Below, piece after piece: positions 9,706 through 17,657 of a stretch of DNA of 64,000 bases. The stretch's first letter is position 1. Each line of letters starts with the position of its first letter. The translations under genes and the position numbers were made by a program. This DNA is from an uncultured Acidimicrobiaceae bacterium (GTDB taxonomy: Bacteria > Actinomycetota > Acidimicrobiia > Spongiisociales > SHLN01): positions 481 through 64,480 of the forward strand of contig CAMYMH010000011.1 in the NCBI GenBank assembly GCA_947259275.1, given 5' to 3'. A model generated the notes under the pieces. It searched no databases. It worked only from the letters and a program-made list of their open reading frames with translations, and was not told the DNA's origin.

Positions 9706-10514
9706 ACGCGTCGGCACCAGCGTCGTCTGCCAATCTCGGACCCGGGTTCGACTCGCTGGCGCTGGCGCTCGAACTTCGCTGTCGAGTCGACGTGGCCGAA
9801 GCCGCCAGTTGGGAGATCGCAAACGATCCCGAAGGGTTCGTGCAGGCCGCGGCCACCCGCATCAGCCAAGACCCCCTCCGGATCGAGGTTCGGTCCGAGA
9901 TACCGGTCGGTAAAGGCCTCGGATCGAGTGCGGCGCTGCTGGCCGCGCTCGAGACGGCCGTCCGGCGCCTGTGGGGCAACCCGGTCGAGCATGCAGAAGT
10001 GTTTGACGCCGTGGCAGCCGCCGAGGGACACGCCGACAACGCAGCCGCCGCCGTCTACGGCGGCTTGGTGCTGGCCGGGTCGGGATCGGTGCACCGGATG
10101 GAAATGCATCCTTCGCTTTCCGTGGTGGTCGCCGTTCCCAACCAGACCCTTCCGACCGGCCAAGCGCGGGCTGCCCTGCCCGAAGCAGTGCCATTCGAGG
10201 CAGCGGCCCGGACGAGTGGGCGGGCGATTCGCCTCGTCGAAGGCTTGCGCACCGGCAACCTCGAAGTACTTGGCTCCATCGGGCCCGATGAGATGCACGA
10301 GCCATTTCGAGTGGCGCTCCGTCCCGTGATCGGGCGGCTGCTGAGTGCGGCCGCCGAGGCCGGGGCACCCTTCGCGGCCATCAGCGGGGCCGGCCCGTCG
10401 GTGCTTGCCATCGTGACCGAGCAATCGCGGGAAGCCGTCACCGAAGCGCTCGGCGATGCGGTGGGAGAAGGCACTCTGCTCAGCCCCGCCATCGCGGCGG
10501 AGGGCGTCCTCTAG
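9702..10514 (+). CDS. thrB: Homoserine kinase
   Basis: 'PASSANLGPGFD', GHMP motif 'IPVGKGLGSSAA', 'EGHADN', 'SGAGPS'. Confidence 0.93.
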   Translation: MNASAPASSANLGPGFDSLALALELRCRVDVAEAASWEIANDPEGFVQAAATRISQDPLRIEVRSEIPVGKGLGSSAALLAALETAVRRLWGNPVEHAEVFDAVAAAEGHADNAAAAVYGGLVLAGSGSVHRMEMHPSLSVVVAVPNQTLPTGQARAALPEAVPFEAAARTSGRAIRLVEGLRTGNLEVLGSIGPDEMHEPFRVALRPVIGRLLSAAAEAGAPFAAISGAGPSVLAIVTEQSREAVTEALGDAVGEGTLLSPAIAAEGVL

Positions 10515-11995
10515 AGCAGGCTCCAGGGGACCGCCAGTGTCACCGAGCGGCAGCCGGCCGGGGTGTCAATGGTGTTGGGTAGGAACGAAGAACCGAAGTG
10601 GGCTCCGGTGACTGCGTTATCGACGAAGCAGTACCAGCGGCCGCTCGCGCTCTGAGTAACCACATGTACTTCCTGGCCGCCGTCGACGTAGGCGAAGGTG
10701 CCAACGCCGGCCTGGTCGGGCGTGCCGACGAAGTCGAGCGCGTCGTCGATGAAGATGGCGTTGAGGGTGGAGGTGGGGATGTCATAGTCGCCGGCTCCGG
10801 CGTACAAGTCGCGAGCCACCAGCAGGATCTCCTCCATGAAGCCGACCGCCTGCTCGTTGGCGGTTCCAGCTTCGCCGGCGTTGAGCACCCACTTGCAGGG
10901 ATGGACAGCCGCATACCAGGTGCCGCCCCATTCCCACACGCCGAAGTCGGTGATGGTGAGCGTCTCACCGCTGTCGAGGTAGGTGACGTCGAAGGTGGCG
11001 AACGCCTCATCGCTGTGGCCGACGTTGCCCCGAATCATTTCAAACGGTCCGAAGGTGACACCGGTCGGGCTCCAGGGGAACGGGTCGAGCGCAAGCGAGG
11101 CATCTGCCGGGGTGCAGGCGAACAGCGGCGGCACCGCGGCGTGGAGCGAAACGTAGTCCTGGGTCGCCTCGGCGACGATGAACTGCTGGATCACGGCTTC
11201 GATCTCGATCTCCTCGGCGGCCGAGAGCGGAATCGGGGGCAGTGTGGTCGTCGTCGTGGTGGTCCCTCCGATGGGGGGCGGGCCAAGGATGTCGGGGACG
11301 GTGGTGGTCGTGCTTGCGTCGGGTTCCGGGAGGGTAATGGCAGGGTCAATCGGCGCCTCGAGCGAGGGAGTATCGGCGGCGCCGTCGGCATCGGGCGATA
11401 TCTCAGCCACCGCGGTGGTGGTGGTGAGCACGACCGGATAGCTGAAGTCGCCACTGGCAACCCGCCCGGCAACGTCGCACGGGTCGAGTGCCATGCGCCA
11501 ACCGTCGGGCTCCCAATAGGCGAGCAGGCCTTCCACCCGCAATGAGCCCTCATCGTCGGACACCTCAAATGAGCCGGTTGCGAAATCCCCCACCACCTGG
11601 ATGTCGGTGGTTCCGAACGTGAGCTCGACCGGCTCGACCGCGGTGGATGTGACGGTTGAGAATTCCTCGGGGGTACAGGTGTCTTTGAATTCGACGGCAG
11701 AGGCATCGTATACAGCGTCCCATTGACCGGCGGCCGCCGCCTGGAAGTAGGTCTTGGTGAGATCCGAGACAAACGCCTCTGCGACCACTCGCTCTTCGGG
11801 GGTGGTGGTTGAGGTAGTTGGGGGCTTCTGGAACAGCATGTCGAACAGGGCGTCGCCGACCGCGTCGGGAAGCTCGGCGGCGGGTGCGGCTGTGATCGGC
11901 GTGGTTGCGGCCTCCTCGCCACCACCAGAGCAGGCTGAGGCAACCAGGGCCAGTCCAAGCAACACGACGGTCGCGTGGCGATTGACGGTGCGCAT
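10511..11995 (-). CDS. Hypothetical multidomain lipoprotein (two NTF2-like repeats plus a C-terminal pilin-head-like module)
   Basis: Lipobox 'LVASAC', Thr/Pro linkers, repeated 'W...(D/H)PC' modules, 'QSASGRWYC'. Confidence 0.75.
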   Translation of the reverse strand: MRTVNRHATVVLLGLALVASACSGGGEEAATTPITAAPAAELPDAVGDALFDMLFQKPPTTSTTTPEERVVAEAFVSDLTKTYFQAAAAGQWDAVYDASAVEFKDTCTPEEFSTVTSTAVEPVELTFGTTDIQVVGDFATGSFEVSDDEGSLRVEGLLAYWEPDGWRMALDPCDVAGRVASGDFSYPVVLTTTTAVAEISPDADGAADTPSLEAPIDPAITLPEPDASTTTTVPDILGPPPIGGTTTTTTTLPPIPLSAAEEIEIEAVIQQFIVAEATQDYVSLHAAVPPLFACTPADASLALDPFPWSPTGVTFGPFEMIRGNVGHSDEAFATFDVTYLDSGETLTITDFGVWEWGGTWYAAVHPCKWVLNAGEAGTANEQAVGFMEEILLVARDLYAGAGDYDIPTSTLNAIFIDDALDFVGTPDQAGVGTFAYVDGGQEVHVVTQSASGRWYCFVDNAVTGAHFGSSFLPNTIDTPAGCRSVTLAVPWSLL

Positions 11996-12028
11996 GGTGA
12001 GGGATATCGACCCTCGCCCGAGCCGCCT

Positions 12029-12766
12029 TTAGCGGTTCGCCCCCCGGGCGGCGGCGATCAACTCGTCGAACAAAGTGCGGGCGGCCGGCTCGGTCTCCAC
12101 CAGGTTTTCGGGATGCCATTGCACCGCCAGCAGCGGCCACGACGGGTCCTCAGGCTCAACTGCCTCGATGACGCCGTCCTCGCTCCAGGCGACCGGCCGG
12201 AGCCCGGGTGCCGGCGTGGCAATCGCCTGGTGGTGCAACGAGTTCACTTTCAAAGAAGACGTGCCAAACAGCCGTGCCAGTCCGCAGGTCTCCTCTAGTT
12301 CGATAGCCTGATGGGCCTCGGTAGCCGCCCCGTCGCCGGTAACGAAGTGCTCGAAGCCTCCATCCACTTGGCTCGGGATGTCGGCGATGAGGTCTCCGCC
12401 CAGCGCCACGTTGAGGATCTGAATGCCCCGGCAAATTGCCAGGACCGGCATCTTCTTTTCGGCCGCATAACGGGCGATCGCCAATTCCGACTGATCGCGC
12501 GGGTCGTGCACTCCATACACCGCCTCATGACCGGCACCGCCGTAGAGGCCGGGTGACACGTCGCCACCGCCGGTCAGCACCAGGCCGTCGAGCCGGTCGA
12601 GAGCGTGAGGGACCGTGGCCGGATCGAGAATCGGAAGCAGCAGGGGAACCCCGCCGGCGGCGGCGACTGCATCCGAGTATGACCGAGTTACCGTCATGGC
12701 GGGCTGAGCGCCATAGCTGGTGGCGACGTCTCGTTGCTGGGCGGTGATGCCGATTACGGGTGTCAT
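12029..12766 (-). CDS. Gamma-glutamyl-gamma-aminobutyrate hydrolase family (peptidase C26, PuuD-like)
   Basis: 'PVIGIT', 'LTGGGDV', 'ICRGIQ', 'VNSLHHQA', 'VQWHPE'; start trimmed to the ATG at 12766. Confidence 0.92.
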   Translation of the reverse strand: MTPVIGITAQQRDVATSYGAQPAMTVTRSYSDAVAAAGGVPLLLPILDPATVPHALDRLDGLVLTGGGDVSPGLYGGAGHEAVYGVHDPRDQSELAIARYAAEKKMPVLAICRGIQILNVALGGDLIADIPSQVDGGFEHFVTGDGAATEAHQAIELEETCGLARLFGTSSLKVNSLHHQAIATPAPGLRPVAWSEDGVIEAVEPEDPSWPLLAVQWHPENLVETEPAARTLFDELIAAARGANR

Positions 12767-12827
12767 TGTCCAAGAGACTCTAGATGGGCGTTTGCGTAGC
12801 CGGGCCCCGCGGGCCAAGCTGTACCCA

Positions 12828-12920
12828 ATGGGATCACTGATAAAGAAGCGGCGCAAGAAGATGTCGAAGCACAAATACCGCAAACGACTCCGCGCCAATC
12901 GCCACAAGCGCAAGAAGTAG
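12828..12920 (+). CDS. 30S ribosomal protein bS22 / AURKAIP1-COX24 family small basic protein
   Basis: MGSLIKKRRKKMSKHKYRKRLRANRHKRKK matches the actinobacterial bS22 pattern. Confidence 0.93.
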   Translation: MGSLIKKRRKKMSKHKYRKRLRANRHKRKK

Positions 12921-12944
12921 AGAACGCCTTCGGCGTTCCGCAGA

Positions 12945-13006
12945 CCGCCCACCGGTCACCGCCCACTGCGTCCGCCATGTGCGTCCGGTGGGCGGTTCAC
13001 GGTGGG
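12945..13006. repeat. Inverted pair of short heptamer arrays (CCGCCCA)x3 ... (CGGTGGG)x3
   Basis: ccgccca ccggtca ccgccca, about 20 bp, then cggtggg cggttca cggtggg, between convergent genes. Confidence 0.8.
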
Positions 13007-13013
13007 CCCAGGG

Positions 13014-13688
13014 TCAGCCGATTGCTTTGCTCCACTCCTCGGGTGGATACTTCTTGGCGCGATCAGCCTGGAGGCGGGCGGCGTAGGCGGCGGCCTCGCT
13101 TCGCCTGCTCATCTCGAGCTTGGAGAGCAGGTTCGACACGTAGTTCTTGACCGTTTTTTCGGCCAGGAACAGTTCTTCGGCGATCTGACGGTTCGTCTTT
13201 CCCTCGGCAATCAGGTCGAGGATCTTCCGTTCCTGAGGCGAGAGCCGGGCGAGCAGCGGATCGTCCGGCTCGTCTCCCCGAATGCGGGCGAACAATCGAT
13301 CGGTGAGGTTGGGGTCGAGCAGGGACTCACCGTTACCGACCCGCCGCACGGCATCGACCAGATCACCTGAGTCGATCCGCTTGAGAACGTAGCCGGAAGC
13401 CCCGGCCATGATGGAGGAAACCAGGGCCTCTTCGTCGGCATACGACGTCAGCATCAGCACTCTGACTTCTGGCCAGCGCGATCGGATCTCCCGACACGCC
13501 TCCACACCGGTGCCGTCCGGTAGGCGCACATCCATGACCACCACGTCCGGTGAGTGGTAGCCCACCTGACGGATGGCGTTGTCGACGTCGCCGGCCTCAC
13601 CAACCACCTCGAGATCTTCCTGGCTGTCCACCAGGGTCTTGAGACCCTGTCGGACTACCTCATGATCGTCTACCAGCACAACCTTCAT
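13014..13688 (-). CDS. LuxR/NarL family response regulator, DevR/DosR-like
   Basis: 'VDDHEVVR', 'DVRLPDGTG', 'SIMAGASGYVLK', 'TNRQIAEELFLAEKTVKNYVSNLLSKL'. Confidence 0.93.
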   Translation of the reverse strand: MKVVLVDDHEVVRQGLKTLVDSQEDLEVVGEAGDVDNAIRQVGYHSPDVVVMDVRLPDGTGVEACREIRSRWPEVRVLMLTSYADEEALVSSIMAGASGYVLKRIDSGDLVDAVRRVGNGESLLDPNLTDRLFARIRGDEPDDPLLARLSPQERKILDLIAEGKTNRQIAEELFLAEKTVKNYVSNLLSKLEMSRRSEAAAYAARLQADRAKKYPPEEWSKAIG

Positions 13689-13854
13689 CCACAGCTCCCA
13701 GCAGGTCGTGCCAGCGTATCGCACCCCCAACCCCTGAATGCAGCGGCCACTTGGCCCAAATGTTGTGGGCAAGAAGTCACAGCCGAAAAAACCGCCAAGC
13801 ATCTGCCTCGCTAGTCACACAGCCGACCGGCGTCACCGGGGTTAGCCTCTTTGC

Positions 13855-14970
13855 ATGGACGATTCCCGCTTCACCCCGGCCGACGTGGCCCGCCTGGTCG
13901 GCGCTGCCGCCGCGGTGGCCGGTGCTGCCGAGCTAACCGGCACCCTCGAGGCCATCGTCAAGAAGGGGATGGAGCTGACCGGAGCGCGGTATGGTGCGCT
14001 TGGAGTCCTCGGATCGCATGGTTTCTTGACCGAGTTCATTCACATGGGCCTGGACGGGGACGTCGCCGAGCGGATCGGGGCCCCGCCCGCCGGGCATGGC
14101 CTGCTCGGGACCATCACCCGGATTGGGGGAGGAGTGCGGAGCGAGAACATCGCCGAGCACACCGACGCGGTCGGGTTTCCCGAGCATCATCCGTCGATGC
14201 GTTCCTTTCTGGGCGTCCCGATTCGGGTGGCGGACGCGGTGTACGGCAACCTCTACCTGACCGACAAGGAGGGGGGTTTCCAGGACGAGGACGAGGCCCT
14301 GATCGAGGCTCTGGCCACCATCGGTGGATCGGCAATTGCCACTGCTCGTATGTCCCGGCGACTGCGCACCGTGGCCATCGTCGAAGATCGAGAACGAATC
14401 GCCCGCGACCTCCACGACGGCATCATTCAGGACATCTTCGCGGTCGGACTCTGTCTGCAATCGGCTTCCTCGCGCGTGGTCGACTCGGACCTCTCCGACG
14501 AGCTGCGGGACGCGGCCACCCGCCTCGATGAGACGATCACCTCGCTGCGGCGTTTCATCTTCGACCTGCGTCCGCCGGTTTGGGCCCAGCGGCGAATTCG
14601 TGAGGAGCTCGTCGATCTGGCCGATACGCTGGCCGAGCCACACAATGTGGCCGTCGAGGTCCTGTTTCGCGGCGAAGTAGACGACCTCCCGGACCGGCTG
14701 GTCGACGAGGTTCTGCCGATCGTGCGCGAATCGCTCAGCAACGCCCTTCGCCACGCCGATGCGACCCACGTGAGCGTGATGGTGAATCGTCGATCCGACC
14801 ATCTGGTTATCCGCACCATCGACGACGGAGTGGGGTTTGATGTCGAGGCGGCTACCCACGGTCTCGGCCTCGAAAACCTGCGCACCCGCGCCTCCGGCCT
14901 TGGTGGCTACACCGACATCACCTCGGCAAGCGGGCACGGCACCACGGTCGAGGTCTTGCTGCCGCTGTAA
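13855..14970 (+). CDS. GAF-domain sensor histidine kinase, DevS/DosT-like (single GAF)
   Basis: 'ARYGALGV', 'GFPEHHPSMRSFLGVPI', 'GNLYLTDK', HisKA_3 'ERIARDLHD', 'DDGVGF'. Confidence 0.93.
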   Translation: MDDSRFTPADVARLVGAAAAVAGAAELTGTLEAIVKKGMELTGARYGALGVLGSHGFLTEFIHMGLDGDVAERIGAPPAGHGLLGTITRIGGGVRSENIAEHTDAVGFPEHHPSMRSFLGVPIRVADAVYGNLYLTDKEGGFQDEDEALIEALATIGGSAIATARMSRRLRTVAIVEDRERIARDLHDGIIQDIFAVGLCLQSASSRVVDSDLSDELRDAATRLDETITSLRRFIFDLRPPVWAQRRIREELVDLADTLAEPHNVAVEVLFRGEVDDLPDRLVDEVLPIVRESLSNALRHADATHVSVMVNRRSDHLVIRTIDDGVGFDVEAATHGLGLENLRTRASGLGGYTDITSASGHGTTVEVLLPL

Positions 14971-15121
14971 TCGGCTGCCGGCGGTCACTGATGAGCCTCG
15001 TGCCCAATGGCGGGTAGCCGATTGGCCAAACGCCTCTAGGTTCCGGGTCCATGGGCGGTTTGCTAGGAGGGAGGCGATGACCACCCACCCAACGCTTCGG
15101 GCTAGCCCTGACCTGCGTTGC

Positions 15122-16084
15122 TCAGGCCAGCAATACTGGGTAGAGGGCGGTGTAGGCCACCAGTAGCCCCAAGCCGGTGGCCCAGGTGTGATGTCGCCGG
15201 CGGGCCAGCACGATGGTCAACACCGCCACGATGGCCGCCGCGGCTAGGGCGCTGCGAACTACCAGGTCACCGTCCACCACCAGCGGGACGATTACCGGAC
15301 CGAGTCCCAGCACCAGAGTGGCGTCGATCAGTGAGGACCCGAAAATGTCGCCGATGGCGATGTCCTTCTCGCCCCTGCGAATTGCAGTCACGTCCACGAC
15401 CAGCTCCGGAAGCGATGTACCGATGGAGGCGGCAAAGAAACTGAGCAGGAATACGGGCACGTCGAGCGCTTCTGCGATTTCGATGAAGGCAGTGACGGCT
15501 GCCGTTGCCCCCACTCCTACGAACACCAGCGACACCAGTGTGCCGAACAGCGCTTGCGCAGGTCTGAGTTCCGGTATCACCATTGTGGGGACTCCGGCGG
15601 TCGGCGTCTGCCGGTACAAGAGGAATCCCGAGATGACCCAAAAGCCGACCAGTACGAGCCCTTCGGTTCGGCTGAGAGAGTCATCGGCCCCGAACCATGC
15701 GCCCAGGAGCAGAGCAACGACCATCAGGCTACCGGGCAACACGATCCGGTCAGCACTGGTGGGTATGGATGTTGCCGTGAACGGGCGACTGGCAGCGATC
15801 GCGATCCCCGCGAACGGAAGAAGGCCGAGCACGAGCGTCATCTGGGTGATGGTCGATCCGATGGCGTTTCCTGCGGCCAAGTCCCCATAGCCGGAGAGGG
15901 CGCTAATCAAGCTGTGGGCAATTTCGGGTAAGTCGGTACCGATCCCTACCACGATGGCCCCGACGACGAATGGGGGAACGTTGAAGCCGAAGGCAAGATC
16001 GGAGGCGTACCCAACCGCCCGGCCACTGGCAATGATGGCCATCGCCAGACCGACGACCACCACGACGAGCCAGACAGCGATCAT
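15122..16084 (-). CDS. Sodium:calcium exchanger (CaCA/YrbG-like)
   Basis: Alpha repeats 'GTDLPE' and 'GTSLPE', 'GNAIGS', 'GDIFGSS'; many TM helices. Confidence 0.9.
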   Translation of the reverse strand: MIAVWLVVVVVGLAMAIIASGRAVGYASDLAFGFNVPPFVVGAIVVGIGTDLPEIAHSLISALSGYGDLAAGNAIGSTITQMTLVLGLLPFAGIAIAASRPFTATSIPTSADRIVLPGSLMVVALLLGAWFGADDSLSRTEGLVLVGFWVISGFLLYRQTPTAGVPTMVIPELRPAQALFGTLVSLVFVGVGATAAVTAFIEIAEALDVPVFLLSFFAASIGTSLPELVVDVTAIRRGEKDIAIGDIFGSSLIDATLVLGLGPVIVPLVVDGDLVVRSALAAAAIVAVLTIVLARRRHHTWATGLGLLVAYTALYPVLLA

Positions 16085-16190
16085 CAGCCGACCACCCTCC
16101 GACCGATTATCCTCGCGGTTTCATCGCCGGGCTCACTGGTCGTGCGCGAGCGCAATTCGCCGAGCAAGTCGGGGAGGCGACAGGACGGTT

Positions 16191-16523
16191 TCACCGGCGC
16201 GTCCATAGTTCTTCATAACGGTGCTCGACGCGTTGTGCGAGCGCCTGACGTAGCTCAGCTCCGCCGAGCCGTCGCTGGGAGAGCTTGCGCGGGTGCATGG
16301 ATAGGACCTCGTCGCCTATCGCTCCGGCTACCCACGTGGCGGGGTCGCCTCGCGGACCGTGATAGTCGAGGCTGGTGTCTGGCGCGGCGGGCAGACAGGC
16401 CAGGAACTCGAAAACGCTGGCGGCCTCGGTGCTAATGGACGTCGACGGTGCCAGATCCTCAGCGCCTGAATCAGCCGGCACGATGGAATTCTCCGCAAGT
16501 GCTCGTGGCGGTAACGACTCCAT
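16191..16523 (-). CDS. Hypothetical protein
   Basis: 110-aa ORF starting 6 bp after the USP stop and filling the gap in a co-directional run; no motif recognised. Confidence 0.4.
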   Translation of the reverse strand: MESLPPRALAENSIVPADSGAEDLAPSTSISTEAASVFEFLACLPAAPDTSLDYHGPRGDPATWVAGAIGDEVLSMHPRKLSQRRLGGAELRQALAQRVEHRYEELWTRR

Positions 16524-16529
16524 GCTGGT

Positions 16530-17489
16530 TCAGTCCGACCGCCGCTGAGGTTTGACTGGAGTGTGGAACCCTTGGGGTTTCACCGCTAACACCGAGCAGC
16601 GAACCGACCGCAGGATGGTCTCGGCAGTGTTGCCCATGATCAGACCCCTCAGTCCGGTACGGCCGACGGTGCCCATGACGATGAGACCGATGTTGAGACG
16701 GTCCGCCAAGCCGGGCAACACCTCAGCTGGTTCACCCGCCACCATGTGGATCGCACCGCCTAGTTCCCCCACGTGGTGGCGGCCAGTCAGCGCGTCGAGC
16801 TGGTCACGATGCACGGCCTCGGCGTCCTGGACCATGACATCGACCATAGGACCGGGCAGCTCCAAGTAGGGAGAGGAACGCAGGGTGGATTCGCCGAACA
16901 GATGCCAGGCGTGTCCCACGTGCAGTTCCCCGCCTTCACGACGGGTCAGCGAGGTTGCCAGCTCCATGACCAGGTCGTCGAGGTCGTCATGAACCGGATC
17001 ACCAGAACCCGGGTCAATCAACGCCATAATCCGCAGTTTGCGGGCCCGGGATGGGCGCATCACCCACACTGGGACCGGGCACTTGCGCAGTACATGCATC
17101 ACCCCGCTGCTGAGATGAGCGTCGGTACCCCGCTCAGCGACAGGCTCTCCCACCATGACAAGGTCATGGCCATAGTCGAGGACATGCCGGATCACCTCGA
17201 GGAACGGCTCACCCTGGGTGACAATCACCTTCGTGTCCGGTCCGCCCTGAGTGTTCTCGATCAGATGCCGGATTCGCTCCTCCCGGTCGCGCAGCAGCGC
17301 GGCTTCGACATCGACGACCCGGCCCTCCACATTTGTCTTCTTTCGCCACCCCGGCAGCGGCACAAGCACGTCCAAGACGGTCAGATGCGCATTGTTGGCG
17401 TCCGCGAGCTTGACAGCCGCGCGGAGGGTGACCAGCTCCAGATGCCCCGGAGACGCCGCCACCAAGATGCTCTTGAACCTATCCATCAC
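16530..17489 (-). CDS. Tandem-domain universal stress protein (UspE-like)
   Basis: 'FKSILVA', 'LRKCPVPVWV', 'VMGTVGRTGLRGLIMGNTAETIL..VRCSVLAVKP'. Confidence 0.93.
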   Translation of the reverse strand: MMDRFKSILVAASPGHLELVTLRAAVKLADANNAHLTVLDVLVPLPGWRKKTNVEGRVVDVEAALLRDREERIRHLIENTQGGPDTKVIVTQGEPFLEVIRHVLDYGHDLVMVGEPVAERGTDAHLSSGVMHVLRKCPVPVWVMRPSRARKLRIMALIDPGSGDPVHDDLDDLVMELATSLTRREGGELHVGHAWHLFGESTLRSSPYLELPGPMVDVMVQDAEAVHRDQLDALTGRHHVGELGGAIHMVAGEPAEVLPGLADRLNIGLIVMGTVGRTGLRGLIMGNTAETILRSVRCSVLAVKPQGFHTPVKPQRRSD

Positions 17490-17501
17490 ATCACCCTTTC
17501 C

Positions 17502-17657
17502 TCAATCGACCGGTTGGTAACCGGTGTCTTCGTTGTTGTTTGCGAATCCCGGTTCACAGAGCTGATAGGCCCCTATCGCCGGCGGCGAGATTGTCTCCCG
17601 CCGGACCACCACAGCCGCGGTGACGGCGAAGGTGCCGAGAGCGATATCGAGGGTCAT
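17502..17657 (-). CDS. Small hypothetical protein (51 aa)
   Basis: ATG overlaps the ATPase stop (ATGA) with a GAAGGA RBS; ends 12 bp before the USP start. Confidence 0.4.
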   Translation of the reverse strand: MTLDIALGTFAVTAAVVVRRETISPPAIGAYQLCEPGFANNNEDTGYQPVD

